Part shown: positions 9,601 to 19,302 of the stretch, piece after piece | How positions within the stretch are numbered: the stretch's first letter is position 1 | Layout: every line of letters starts with the position of its first letter | IMG/VR virus record: IMGVR_UViG_3300008116_000011 | Span: 110,438 to 174,437 of that record | Direction: 5' to 3' (one strand) | From: a virus | Length of the DNA: 64,000 nucleotides | Translations under genes and position numbers: made by a program | The notes under the pieces: generated by a model | Told to the model about the DNA's origin: nothing | The model's database searches: none | Seen by the model: the letters and a program-made list of their open reading frames with translations, nothing else

Positions 9601-10581
9601 GTTTGGATTTTTGTATAAGTCATATTTAGTTTTAAAAGTAGGATCAATAAATTGCTCACTAGCAGCACTACTAACAGTTTTAGACTCTAAATAAATCCAT
9701 AATTCATGAAGTAATCCAGGAATTATACCTTGTTCATATGATGTAGCTATTTCTTGATATTTTCCTAATGATCCTTGACCAAGTAATCCGGAGCCATTTG
9801 TATCAAAAGCATATGTGTTAATTGGTACCCAGTTTACTTTTAATGATTCTAATACTTCACCTAATGATATAATTGTAGTAGTGCAATCATAACCCCCATC
9901 ATCACGAGCAGACCAATTATAGTTTGTTACGTACCCTAATAAAGCATCATAATTACCTTTACTATCTGTAATTTTTTGGTATATTTCAACAAATGCTTCA
10001 GTTAATTCAATATCTTTTTTATTTAAAATATCATATTCAGGTATTATAGGTTTGGCAAAATCCCAACCAAATTCTAAAAGTACAGTATACCCTGGGCGCA
10101 TGAATAGTAGTTCTAATTCTTCTAGTTGTCTAACATCCCAAGCAACAAATGATACTGTTGCTTCTTGTAATGAGCCATAAGCACCTTTATTTTTTACAGA
10201 TACCCCAGTAATACCGGCCATTGGTCTTATACCTAATCGATATTTTTCACCAGAGGCATTAGCAGTACCGTATGCATTAGTAGAAAATGCACCTCCTAAA
10301 CCTGCTTTTAAAGCATATGCATTAGAAATTTCTCCTGTTTTCTCATCAACAACTGAACCTTTATATGTTAGTGTACCTGCTTGAAGAACATATTTTTTAG
10401 CTAAATCATTACTTACAATCCCGTCTTTGTTCGCAGTATTTACTCCTGAGGTCATTCTAACCCAGGCACTTCTGGTGTTAAGTTCATGAACAAATCTAGG
10501 AGTACGTGTAAATATTCCATTTTGTCTTCTATCTAACTCTTCTTGTATAAATTCAGGAAATGTTTCGCGAAATATTGACAT
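6673..10581 (-). CDS. Large baseplate hub/tail protein with tail-lysozyme domain and C-terminal annexin-like segment
   Basis: Lies after tape measure and baseplate genes. Phage-tail-lysozyme-like AALVGGFVQES...GAIGIAQW; GAGTDE motif near the C-terminus. Confidence 0.7.
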   Translation of the reverse strand: MSIFRETFPEFIQEELDRRQNGIFTRTPRFVHELNTRSAWVRMTSGVNTANKDGIVSNDLAKKYVLQAGTLTYKGSVVDEKTGEISNAYALKAGLGGAFSTNAYGTANASGEKYRLGIRPMAGITGVSVKNKGAYGSLQEATVSFVAWDVRQLEELELLFMRPGYTVLLEFGWDFAKPIIPEYDILNKKDIELTEAFVEIYQKITDSKGNYDALLGYVTNYNWSARDDGGYDCTTTIISLGEVLESLKVNWVPINTYAFDTNGSGLLGQGSLGKYQEIATSYEQGIIPGLLHELWIYLESKTVSSAASEQFIDPTFKTKYDLYKNPNNTAITQNDRNGYPKPLGKDILAEAYITLGSFCDLLNNYVLLKGVNNNPLSQVTAYEMDASGRVLTEKKQVVKDFTKLPLYKPNEFLNSSKIPQIPIPSNSIEVPSSLKCIANPLSISTNLGVCLVRNDNWQSLVIQAENAAKDEESNQTTTLPAKSVKNDILIAISKGSFENPGNVANRFQNKITNPADDNNYVYAGDLAADVEALASDLLNAILKVDVRNVNGKQVPTFLFAPNGARSFISSTFAENAKTINFFDYFYQSQTEADRTGKKGAEITSLTFEEKINQAYKDLFIEDYDGNRIWGFDEDPAGGRNILRDQNRTWKREDIKALLESALTRVPINTLIQEQLTKEIPEVVDALANEASKAPGVSSDINEFLLPITSEQTKSIGNIANIYVNINFLYSQAISRNVASNDTQNKSVISIREYLQGILREIQNSLGNINNFDLQVDNRNAIGRIIDINYTEEPTEDLFLLQIHNLNSIVRSYSFQSKIFPEMGSIIAISAQDVTGIGKLGYDNATLVAWNNGIVDRLIPKRDFTSLIKLDKEDNPVTFIYPFLTKMYDYFQATQGRAKDNLSFAYGGLNFAYRDFLAYLARIDERNNFKAIIPTELSVTLDGIGGIVIGNIFTINQDIIPKGYKSTSDRRVAYIVTRIEHTIQDNDWTTTLKAYPIIYELKQGTNVLKDWKQQEYPGPKPGERIITISAGGVPIARLSTKTINQNNLRKAVRFFLDKGFTDIQVAALVGGFVQESRVNPEIVNSIGAIGIAQWLSYRKTKLLSKAEPTSLITQLNFVIEEFSEDEKNAGDRLKRSKTLEEAIVAAAFYERYAGITILDGVTYDEVLRAPETGKRIEYTQDILARIRAGEFGNYTSPTDPNAEINSIISDINKAASPGIGGAGTDEKGLVNAIGRIKDKETFAQINKLVNIENILNSELGDEDLITTDSIKAKLAQIGVTLTYTRTGVGKKSVLGVKDIKIVF

Positions 10582-10586
10582 AACAT

Positions 10587-10886
10587 TTATTGTTGATTTT
10601 CAGCATTAAATAATTCTATAACATTATTTAGATTGATTGGTATTCTTAATTGAGTACCAGGTTCAGGAAACATAGATCCAAATGTAATATTACTATTAGC
10701 AACAGATATTACCCACCATAATGTTGGATCTTTATAATATTGATATGATAACAAATCTAATCTGTCACCTTGAACAGTAACTACATATACGTCACTTTCT
10801 TGTGGTGGAATAGGTGGATATTTTTTAGCCTTATAATATTTTACACCTCTAGAAGTTGTTAATATATCAGTTGCATTGTATATCAT
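10587..10886 (-). CDS. LysM-like baseplate wedge protein (gp53/gpX-like)
   Basis: VQGDRLDLLSYQYYKDPTLWWVISVAN...PGTQLRIP. Confidence 0.82.
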   Translation of the reverse strand: MIYNATDILTTSRGVKYYKAKKYPPIPPQESDVYVVTVQGDRLDLLSYQYYKDPTLWWVISVANSNITFGSMFPEPGTQLRIPINLNNVIELFNAENQQ

Positions 10887-10889
10887 AAG

Positions 10890-12866
10890 TTATGGTACTA
10901 TTTTTCCTTCAGGAATTTCTTTATTTCCATTTGCCGTAAATATATCAGTAAGCCATTTATTTTCCTTCTCTACTCTATCAACAGTAAATGCGGGGAGATT
11001 AGCCCAATCCCCTGGAATATTGCTAAATTTATTTGGAAATTTGCGAGGTAAGAAATCATGCACAGGAGTAAATGTCATTTGCACAGTCATTACATGAGGT
11101 AATTCATACATATTAACACCAGCACCTCCTTCAGGATCATCTATTGCTATTTCCCAAGGTGACTTATCATCTATAGTATAAGTTAAATTTTTAATAATTC
11201 CTGGTTGGCGATACATGTAATTACCCATAGTGAGTTTCATATATGGTCCTCTCATATTTATGCCATCATAATCGGGCATTGTGTTTGAGTATAAATAATT
11301 TAACTTTTGCCACATCGGTTTCATTTCAGCTTCAGACATTGCTGCTACTTGAAATGTAAATGAAACATTTCTTTCAAATCCTTTATAGATATAAAAGGGT
11401 TCTCCTCTACCTACATAATTCACAGTATTCCAAGTTGGATTAGGATTATCAGATATACTTGTTAAATAAGATCTAAATATCATCCATGTACTAAGTCCTG
11501 GATTAGTTCCATCAACAGCCTCTATTCTAAATTTAATAAGGTCTCTTACGGTAAAGCTCTTTCCATTTACATTTATTTTGGTATTTGGAGGAGCACCACT
11601 TATATATAAAGGGGTAAGGTTAATTTGATCTTGTCTAGGATATTCTGAGTCTGTAGGATTATATCCTAATCGTCTTTCAATATTGAATTGTTCTAATGGT
11701 AAACCCTTATCAGCATATGACCCTGTTGTAGGTTTATATTTTGAAAATCCTTTAAATGTAAATGTTATAGGCCTATCTAAATAGCCTTGGCGGCTTATAG
11801 TGCCAGGACCTACTATATCATTATTTGCTTTAACTATATTAGCTGTTCCTATAGCAAAACTTCCGGTTTGTTGGTTAATTGCATTTATTAAATTATTATA
11901 AAGTTTACCTGCCTCTGGGTAATTTATAGCATTTTGATCAATCTGGGAGGGTTTATGTGTGAGAGAACCAGTAGTTATATTATTATACTCTAAAATTTGA
12001 TCTCGATTCCAATCAAAATACTCTTCAGAAACACCTTGTGCTAAAAAATAATCAATATCAGGAATAGGACGTCTAAATTTAGAAGCCATATTAGAAAGTG
12101 ATACAACACGAGCTGTACCTGTGTCTACAAGATTAGCAGTAAACCCAGGAAGGGAAGCATCAATAGGTAAAACTCTACGTCCACCACCATATTGATTATA
12201 TTGTTGATTTCCTAATGTATTATAATATCTTGGTATAGTAGTTCGTCCTATACCATCAATAGATCCAGGACCGCTAACATATTGATTAATATTAACAGTA
12301 GTATTATTACCTGCTGCTACTAATTTATCTTTTAATAATACTAATCTATTATTAGCTCCATTAGAACCACGAGCATCATTAGCAACTACTACATTTTTAT
12401 ATAATTGACCTTCATTTAATACCGGTAATAAACCATGTCTAGTAATGTGACCACCAAACGCTGTAATTGGTACTTGAGCTAATGTATTGATACCTAAATT
12501 ATAGATACGAGTAGGACCTATTTTACCTAATAGTTGTCCTAAAGCATCTGTTCTAGTTTCAAGTTGAGGATTTGATAATTGTAATCCTACTTGTTTTGCT
12601 ATAAATAAAGGTCCACGAGGTGGATCAACAAGAAATTTTCCAATACGGAGAGTATCACGAGCAGAAGCTAGTGTAGCACCAGCAAAACCACCTCTGATTA
12701 AACCATTATCTGAGTTCCATATAGTTGTAGATGGAACTTGTTGTTGGTATGGTGGTGGTATTTTTGTAGTAATATATGGCTCACCACTACTACCTCCTCC
12801 TGGTTGATCATTTCCGTATTTAAGACCTCTTAATGCAGTTAATCCAGCTTGTGTAATTATTGGCAT
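10890..12866 (-). CDS. Baseplate / tail-tube initiator-like protein
   Basis: C-terminal W...YVGRGEPFYIYKGFERNVSFTF...PWEI tube-fold-like domain; lies between tape measure and LysM gene. Confidence 0.6.
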   Translation of the reverse strand: MPIITQAGLTALRGLKYGNDQPGGGSSGEPYITTKIPPPYQQQVPSTTIWNSDNGLIRGGFAGATLASARDTLRIGKFLVDPPRGPLFIAKQVGLQLSNPQLETRTDALGQLLGKIGPTRIYNLGINTLAQVPITAFGGHITRHGLLPVLNEGQLYKNVVVANDARGSNGANNRLVLLKDKLVAAGNNTTVNINQYVSGPGSIDGIGRTTIPRYYNTLGNQQYNQYGGGRRVLPIDASLPGFTANLVDTGTARVVSLSNMASKFRRPIPDIDYFLAQGVSEEYFDWNRDQILEYNNITTGSLTHKPSQIDQNAINYPEAGKLYNNLINAINQQTGSFAIGTANIVKANNDIVGPGTISRQGYLDRPITFTFKGFSKYKPTTGSYADKGLPLEQFNIERRLGYNPTDSEYPRQDQINLTPLYISGAPPNTKINVNGKSFTVRDLIKFRIEAVDGTNPGLSTWMIFRSYLTSISDNPNPTWNTVNYVGRGEPFYIYKGFERNVSFTFQVAAMSEAEMKPMWQKLNYLYSNTMPDYDGINMRGPYMKLTMGNYMYRQPGIIKNLTYTIDDKSPWEIAIDDPEGGAGVNMYELPHVMTVQMTFTPVHDFLPRKFPNKFSNIPGDWANLPAFTVDRVEKENKWLTDIFTANGNKEIPEGKIVP

Positions 12867-13141
12867 TATCTAGGTAGATTGTCTGTGTATTTTTTTCCAG
12901 CTTGGTTTCTATAAGTACTTGTATTCAAAGCATCTTCAGAATCGAGTGCTGTTGGGGCAGGCTTTGGTGGAACAAACCCAGCACCAACACCATTAATGTT
13001 AGGATTTCCGTCAAGAGAGTAAGTATCATGACGTGATCCTGGAGGATTTGGGTTAACCTTAGACATCCTATTAGATGGTACAGGACCACCTCCCCAGCCT
13101 AATTTGCTTACGCCGCCAAATAATAAATTAAGTAATCCCAT
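12866..13141 (-). CDS. Hypothetical protein
   Basis: ORF track. Preceded by class B motif at 13164-13171. Confidence 0.6.
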   Translation of the reverse strand: MGLLNLLFGGVSKLGWGGGPVPSNRMSKVNPNPPGSRHDTYSLDGNPNINGVGAGFVPPKPAPTALDSEDALNTSTYRNQAGKKYTDNLPR

Positions 13142-13176
13142 ATTTGTTGTATTTTATATTTGATATAAATATTAAA

Positions 13177-15507
13177 TTATGGTAAATTGGTACCAAACAT
13201 CATTTGAGCTGTGCCTACTTGTTGAATATCAACACCAGCTACAAGTTTCTTATTGACAAATTTACCAGTATTTTCTCTAGTAGCACGCAGTTCATTACGC
13301 ATATCTGTAAATAGTTTTATCATTTCTGAATTGTCTTGGGCAGCGGCCGTTTGTCTATTAGAATTACTAATAATATCTTGTAGATCACTTAATGGAGCAA
13401 TAACTTCAGGATTGTTTGCAGCACCAGAATATTCACCAACAATAGCGTTTGTTTTCCCATATACTAAACCACCATTTGCAAATTCAGTAGCATCTTCAGC
13501 ATTATTCATAGCAGAAGCAATTACACCTACAGCAGTTGCTAAAGCAGCTACTCCTAAAATTAAGTTTACTGGGTTTAAAAAAGCACTAGTGGCTGCTCCT
13601 GCTATTGCTGCTACTCTTAATTGGGCACTCATTAGAGCAATACTACTAACAGTTCTAGCTAGTGAAAGACCAGCTATTGCTGTTAATACTCCATATAAAA
13701 CCCCAGTATTACTAGCTATAGAAGCTATAATATCAGCCATTGTTCCTAAAGGACCACCAACAAGTCTAGCAACAATATCTTGCATTTTTTCCATTGCAAG
13801 ATTAAATCTATCTTGTGCATTTATTGCTTCTAATCTTTTAGCTACCTCATCACCAGCCAATGCCCTAACTTCTTCTGTTGATTTATTTAAGTATTGTTGT
13901 TTTAATAATTGATCAGATAGTGTATCTGATGTTGTTCCTAAAGCAGCTGCTATTTTATCTTGAGCAATAACATTCATGTTAGAAAACTTATTAAAATCAA
14001 TATTTTGATTATTAAGTTCTTTCATTACTGTTGTCATATCACCCATTAAAGCTGCTGTTCTAGCTCTTTCTAGGTTTAATTGTTGACCAGTTAATAACTC
14101 AGCTTGTAATTCATTTTCAATTGATGTTTCAAAATCAAGTAAAGCAGATGCTTGTTTTCTTGTATTATCAAGAGTAGTACCTAATAATTTAGCTTGTGCT
14201 ACCGCTTGTGTTAAGGCAGGAACACTACCTTTAAACATTGCTAAGGTTTGCCCAGATATTTTACCTACTTCTTCAAGTACTTCTTTTTGATTTAACTGAA
14301 TACCATATTGTGAAGATAAATTTTGTGTTGTTTCAAAAGCAATGTTTTTAGATTCTTTTAATGTTTTACCAGATGCAATAGAAAGTTTTGCTAAACCACC
14401 AGCTGCTTCTTCACTTAATCCAATTTGTTTAGTTAATAGAACAAATTGAGAATTTAAGTCATCTGTAAATTTAGAAGAAAATCCTAATTGTTCACCTAAT
14501 TTAGCATTAGCTTCTACTAAACGATTAGTATTAAGAGCAACATTTCCTGATTCAACAGCCATTCTATTGAATTCCTGTCTTACAGTATATGCTTCTTCTC
14601 TACTTAATACTAAATTCTTTTGTAATCTAGTTACTTGATCTGAAACTTCTAATGCTACTTTTTTTAGGTAAGTAAAAATAGTAGTTAAAGATAATGTATT
14701 GTGGATATTATCTTTTATTCTTTTTCCTATACCCTCAATTTCATCTTTAAACTTTTTAGCACTACTATTTTGTTCTTTTAAAGCTCCAGATAAAGCTTCA
14801 TTTTTTAAAATTTGTTCCTCTATTAGTTTTAATAATTCTCTATAAAAATCAACTATTTTATCTGTTTCTTCTTTTTCTTTCTTTTTTTGAATTAAATTCT
14901 TTTCATTTAAAGATTGAGTTTTTTCTATAGTATTTATAGAAATATTATTATCTTTTATTCTTTCTCTAAGTGATTCTTGTTGTGCTTTAGCAAAATCTTT
15001 TTGTGTTGTGTTATTAGCATTGTTATAAGCTTCAGTTGCTCTTTCTAACTGTTGTGTTAAATCAAGTTGATCTTCTAATCGCTCAGTATAACGTGCTCTT
15101 ATAGCTATTCCTTCGTCTTCTAATTTTTTTACATCCTCTTGTAATTTACTTTGAAGAGATTTAGCTTGGTTTATTTTGCTATTTTCGTTTTGTTCTTCTT
15201 TAGCATATTCGTTTTTTAAACGAGCAAGTGTCTCTAATTGTTTATCAATGTCTATTTGCTTTAATTTTCCTGCATATAGCTTATCTGATAGTTTAAGAGT
15301 ATTAGTAAGTGCTCTGCCTATTTCTTTAGTGCCATCTATTAATTTTCTATCTTCTACATTAACTCCTCCTAATCTTTTAGCAAAAGTTTGAATATTATCA
15401 GAAAGTACCCTAGATAAACTAATGGATTCTCTAAGAGAATCATTGTACTCAGCTAATCGTTCTTGAGCACTTCTTATATCTTTTTCATTAGGTGTATTAT
15501 CAGCCAT
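13177..15507 (-). CDS. Tape measure protein
   Basis: Long helical Ala/Leu/Gln-rich protein with hydrophobic C-terminal segments and FANGG..VGE...PEVIAPL; lies downstream of tube and chaperone. Confidence 0.8.
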   Translation of the reverse strand: MADNTPNEKDIRSAQERLAEYNDSLRESISLSRVLSDNIQTFAKRLGGVNVEDRKLIDGTKEIGRALTNTLKLSDKLYAGKLKQIDIDKQLETLARLKNEYAKEEQNENSKINQAKSLQSKLQEDVKKLEDEGIAIRARYTERLEDQLDLTQQLERATEAYNNANNTTQKDFAKAQQESLRERIKDNNISINTIEKTQSLNEKNLIQKKKEKEETDKIVDFYRELLKLIEEQILKNEALSGALKEQNSSAKKFKDEIEGIGKRIKDNIHNTLSLTTIFTYLKKVALEVSDQVTRLQKNLVLSREEAYTVRQEFNRMAVESGNVALNTNRLVEANAKLGEQLGFSSKFTDDLNSQFVLLTKQIGLSEEAAGGLAKLSIASGKTLKESKNIAFETTQNLSSQYGIQLNQKEVLEEVGKISGQTLAMFKGSVPALTQAVAQAKLLGTTLDNTRKQASALLDFETSIENELQAELLTGQQLNLERARTAALMGDMTTVMKELNNQNIDFNKFSNMNVIAQDKIAAALGTTSDTLSDQLLKQQYLNKSTEEVRALAGDEVAKRLEAINAQDRFNLAMEKMQDIVARLVGGPLGTMADIIASIASNTGVLYGVLTAIAGLSLARTVSSIALMSAQLRVAAIAGAATSAFLNPVNLILGVAALATAVGVIASAMNNAEDATEFANGGLVYGKTNAIVGEYSGAANNPEVIAPLSDLQDIISNSNRQTAAAQDNSEMIKLFTDMRNELRATRENTGKFVNKKLVAGVDIQQVGTAQMMFGTNLP

Positions 15508-15532
15508 AGTAAAATATTACCAATATAAATAT

Positions 15533-15560
15533 AAAAGCGCCTTATTTTTTAGGCGCTTTT
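15533..15560 (-). terminator. Intrinsic terminator-like hairpin
   Basis: Inverted repeat aaaagcgcct / aggcgctttt spanning the stop of the frameshift ORF. Confidence 0.7.
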
Positions 15561-15802
15561 GCTGTGTATGTTGGTTTTATATTAGGTTTTGCTGTTTGAG
15601 CTGTTTTGGATTTTAGTGATTTTTGTTGTTTTTCTTGGTCTTTTGCTTGTTTTTCATAATGTTCTCGTAATTGTCTATAAATAAAATCACGATATCTTAT
15701 AGGTAAGCTATAAACAGTATCCCAATCGTAACCACCATTTCCGAAAAATACAATTTCATGTATTCTAGAGAATAGGTATTCCCTATATTTAGGATTCAGG
15801 CC
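15542..15802 (-). CDS. Start-less 86-codon ORF (gp51-like / gpT-like), probable frameshift extension of the upstream chaperone
   Basis: Manual translation GLNPKYREYLFSRIHEIVFFGNGGYDWDTVYSLPIRYRDFIYRQLREHYEKQ...APKK*. No in-frame ATG/GTG/TTG; begins right after a T7 run. Confidence 0.75.
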   Translation of the reverse strand, partial: GLNPKYREYLFSRIHEIVFFGNGGYDWDTVYSLPIRYRDFIYRQLREHYEKQAKDQEKQQKSLKSKTAQTAKPNIKPTYTAKAPKK

Positions 15803-16544
15803 AAAAAAAGTTAATATTAATAGGAATAATTACGCCCTCCTGTACGTAACCATCCTTATTAATCGTAATTTCAGTATTAATATCTGGAGATAGTTGACTG
15901 TAGTATTTTTTAAATGCTCTAGAATCGGGAACAAGTAAGTAGTTGTCTACAAAATCACGTATAGATGCTTGATCGGCTTTACCATTAATAGAAGTAATCA
16001 TGTGCTTCAAACGAGTAGTATTTTCAAAAGCACCATTAGGATCAATTTTTTCTAAACCTTTAATTTCAGCATCAATTGCTTTTTCATCTTTACCTGTTAG
16101 TAATTTGAATGTAACAACATTTTCTGATTGAGGTAAGGTAAATTTAAATTCATTTTTGCCTTTTTCAAATAATGATTCGTTAATTTCTTTTTCTTTTAAT
16201 GTAGTTAAATCAACAGTATAATCTTCATCTTTACCAGTTGATTCATTTCTAAATCTAAAAGAATATTCCTTACCATATCCTAAAATACGAGCAGCAAATA
16301 AAATTGCATTTTTATCACCTACAATCAATTCATCAATGTCAATTGGTGTAACAATTAATGATTTTAGCAATTTATCAATTGCCGTACCTTGTTTGATAAA
16401 GTTAATATTAGTTAATATGTCTTCATCTTTAGCAGACATATAACGCATTTCAATTTCGCCTTTAGATAATAGTGATGTTTCAGGATATACAAGACCTTTT
16501 GAAGGTAATGAAACCGTTTCTGTTGGAATTTTTAATTCAGCCAT
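15789..16544 (-). CDS. T4 gp26-like baseplate hub assembly / tail assembly chaperone
   Basis: LPSKG..Y, MSAKDEDIL, GDKNAIL..ARI.GYG and C-terminal FFWP; lies between tube and tape measure. Confidence 0.8.
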   Translation of the reverse strand: MAELKIPTETVSLPSKGLVYPETSLLSKGEIEMRYMSAKDEDILTNINFIKQGTAIDKLLKSLIVTPIDIDELIVGDKNAILFAARILGYGKEYSFRFRNESTGKDEDYTVDLTTLKEKEINESLFEKGKNEFKFTLPQSENVVTFKLLTGKDEKAIDAEIKGLEKIDPNGAFENTTRLKHMITSINGKADQASIRDFVDNYLLVPDSRAFKKYYSQLSPDINTEITINKDGYVQEGVIIPININFFWPES

Positions 16545-16593
16545 AAACTAATTTGTTTTATATATATAAATATAAACACTTTAAATTTTTAGC

Positions 16594-16621
16594 AAAAAGA
16601 AACCCGGTATTTCTACCGGGT
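16594..16621 (-). terminator. Intrinsic terminator after the tail tube operon
   Basis: Stem acccggta/taccgggt with GAAA loop on the minus strand, followed by a U-rich tract. Confidence 0.75.
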
Positions 16622-16658
16622 CCTTCCTCCAACGAGTGATTACACCATTATCACCCAA

Positions 16659-16919
16659 TTATTTATTAGAAGCAGATACTTCTTCTTTCAAGGCTTTAAA
16701 AGCTTCAGCTAATTTTTTATACTTAGATTTAGCTGCTTTTTCACCAGCAGCGTATCCAGCACCGTATACTTCCTCTTCACCTTTATCTTTAGCTACTTTA
16801 CCTTTTACACCTTTATCAACGCGTTTAAATTCGTCGTCGCCTTTGCTTTTCTTTTTTCTTTCTTCTAGTACTTCAGAAATGCATTCTTGCACTAATGATT
16901 GTAGATCTTGTTTTTTCAT
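16659..16919 (-). CDS. Small basic protein with MKKxDLxxLVxExIxE-type leader
   Basis: ORF track; leader resembles other head-associated ORFs. Confidence 0.6.
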   Translation of the reverse strand: MKKQDLQSLVQECISEVLEERKKKSKGDDEFKRVDKGVKGKVAKDKGEEEVYGAGYAAGEKAAKSKYKKLAEAFKALKEEVSASNK

Positions 16920-16925
16920 TGATAA

Positions 16926-17417
16926 TTAGTAGTTTAAGATGCAATAATCCATTCCAACACTCATAGTAAGGTTGATAGCTTCAGTATAAGTAGACCAATC
17001 ATAATCGTCAAAGTTTGCAGTCTTAATGAAAGCACCTTTAACAATCCATTCTGATACTACGTCACCTACTGGGCCTAAGCCATTGAATGTTAAATCTTTC
17101 TTATAGAAGTCAGAATAACCAGCGCGGCCAGTTACTGATTCGTATGCTAAACGAGCCCATTCCATTACAGCTTGAGCACCGCTTGGAGCGATTGGATCAA
17201 ATAAGGTGAAAGTCATATCACCCCAAAGTCTTTTACCGCTACGAATTTTTCTATAAGTGTTAATATGATCTAATATAATCTCACCATCATCGAATGTTAC
17301 GGCACTTACTCCTTTAACAATATATGATGGGATACCGTCTATATACATTATGAACCTATTAGGAACTTTAGGTTCATATTGTGTAAACATAATTTCGTTT
17401 GCGTCTAATACAGGCAT
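16926..17417 (-). CDS. Tail tube protein (gp19-like)
   Basis: EPK..NRF, W.D.TFTLFDPI, QAVMEW, YKKD..., W..KGAF; immediately downstream of the sheath. Confidence 0.9.
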   Translation of the reverse strand: MPVLDANEIMFTQYEPKVPNRFIMYIDGIPSYIVKGVSAVTFDDGEIILDHINTYRKIRSGKRLWGDMTFTLFDPIAPSGAQAVMEWARLAYESVTGRAGYSDFYKKDLTFNGLGPVGDVVSEWIVKGAFIKTANFDDYDWSTYTEAINLTMSVGMDYCILNY

Positions 17418-17456
17418 GTTATGTTGTGTTTAATATTTGTTTATTATAAATATTTT

Positions 17457-19226
17457 TTAAGCTGGGAATTCAACACCTGTTGGTAAGATTGTGAAATCTA
17501 AGATGACAAATTCTGCAGTTTTAGTTGGCTGGATATAAATCTGGCCAATTAATTGGTTACGATCCACAACATCTGGTGTGTTGTTAGATTCATCCATTAC
17601 TACCTTGTATGCGTATAAACCTTGTTTTTGTACTACGTTATCAAGGTAAGGATTAACTTGGTTTAAGAATCTATTTCTTGTAGCAGCTGTATTTTGTTCA
17701 AATACTAAACTACGACCAACAGCACCGATATAATTCTTTAATGAGATTAACAAACGTCTTACATTTACTCTATCAAGAGCAGTTGCTTTTTGTTGTAATG
17801 TCTTTTGACCAAATACTACAACACCTTCACCAGGGAATGTAGCTAATGGGTTTACATTATCTTGATATAAAGTATTTCTATCGTTTAATGATAATTTTCT
17901 TTCTACTTTAATCACATTTGGAATACCACCACGAGTAATACCTGCAGGAGCAAACCAAGGAGCACTTACTTCATCAGTAAAGGCAAACACACCACCCATT
18001 AATACAGAGGCAGGAACCCATACTAATTTACCCATTGGTGCACTAAATACTTGACACCATGGCCAATAAGTAGCACCATAGCTGGAATTAGAAGCATTAG
18101 CAGCTGTAGCAGCTGTTACAATATTACTACCGTAAGGTACTGGGTCAACTACTGCTAAAGCATCAGCTCTACCTTCACATAAAGCAATTGGATCAGCATT
18201 ATTAGCTCCTAAGTTAATAGCAGCGTTACCACCGGCTAAGAACAAACCTGGAGTTAATAATAAATTAAACATGTATTCGTCTGTGTTGCTTAACAAGTTT
18301 AAAGCAGGAGCATAATCAGAGGTTGTAAATCCTTGAGCATTAGTTACACCACTAATAATGTTTTCAAACATGTTTTTAGATAAACTAGTATCTACAATAC
18401 CACCATTGAAAGCACCATTTACAGAGCCACTTCCAAGAGCTGGTAAGCTAGAGCTATAATCTCCTGCTTGGTAGAAGCCATTATTATTGAATGTGTTATA
18501 TTGTGCTTGAGGAACAGTAGCTACTCTAATGTATCTAGATGCATTAGGAAAATCACCATTGTATTCAATATATCCTTGACCATCTGCAGCTGAGTATGTG
18601 TAAACAGGTTTGGTATCACCAATTACACGACCAATGTAGTTAGGTTGGTTAACATCCATAGACAAGTTAGTCCATGTTTCAAGAATATTCTTTTGAGCGT
18701 TATTATCATCACCACTTCTAACTAATAAGGTAAATGTACCTTGAGTATAGTTAACATTACTAACTTCCCAACGAACGTTTTGAGCACTACCACTTGGTAA
18801 AGCACCTGATACTACAGTACCACCTTCGTTGTTCATTTGAGCACCCCAAGCTAAAGTTTCAAGGGTAAAGCTAGTTGCTAAAGCACCACTTGAAGGAACA
18901 CTTGCTGATGCAAAGCTAGATAATGCTGCACTACCTGTCCCAGCGTGTGTAATTCTGGTTACTAACATGGTGTTACCACCATTTTCAAAGTAGTTTCTTG
19001 CAGCAATAGATGTGAAATATTCTGCTACTCCGCTAGTTCCATTTTCAAAAGTAGTACCAAATTTAGCAATATAATCACTATAAGAGGTAACAATAGTAGG
19101 TACATAAGGAACGCCATTTACAGTTGGACCTACAATAGCGGCGCCAACCACAACAGGACCTTGTGATACTGCACTCTGGTCATTTTCATTGGTATATACA
19201 CCAGGGGAGATAATTGCTTCTGCCAT
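17457..19226 (-). CDS. Tail sheath protein (gp18-like)
   Basis: SPGVY..END, PWFAPAG..RG, VFGQKTLQ, RVNVRRL, FEQN, PTKTAEF. Confidence 0.95.
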   Translation of the reverse strand: MAEAIISPGVYTNENDQSAVSQGPVVVGAAIVGPTVNGVPYVPTIVTSYSDYIAKFGTTFENGTSGVAEYFTSIAARNYFENGGNTMLVTRITHAGTGSAALSSFASASVPSSGALATSFTLETLAWGAQMNNEGGTVVSGALPSGSAQNVRWEVSNVNYTQGTFTLLVRSGDDNNAQKNILETWTNLSMDVNQPNYIGRVIGDTKPVYTYSAADGQGYIEYNGDFPNASRYIRVATVPQAQYNTFNNNGFYQAGDYSSSLPALGSGSVNGAFNGGIVDTSLSKNMFENIISGVTNAQGFTTSDYAPALNLLSNTDEYMFNLLLTPGLFLAGGNAAINLGANNADPIALCEGRADALAVVDPVPYGSNIVTAATAANASNSSYGATYWPWCQVFSAPMGKLVWVPASVLMGGVFAFTDEVSAPWFAPAGITRGGIPNVIKVERKLSLNDRNTLYQDNVNPLATFPGEGVVVFGQKTLQQKATALDRVNVRRLLISLKNYIGAVGRSLVFEQNTAATRNRFLNQVNPYLDNVVQKQGLYAYKVVMDESNNTPDVVDRNQLIGQIYIQPTKTAEFVILDFTILPTGVEFPA

Positions 19227-19302
19227 TTTGTATTTTTATTTAATTTTGATAGGTTTTGTCTAGCTATAAATATTCTAAAACCATTACAAAACTAAATTAG
19301 GG

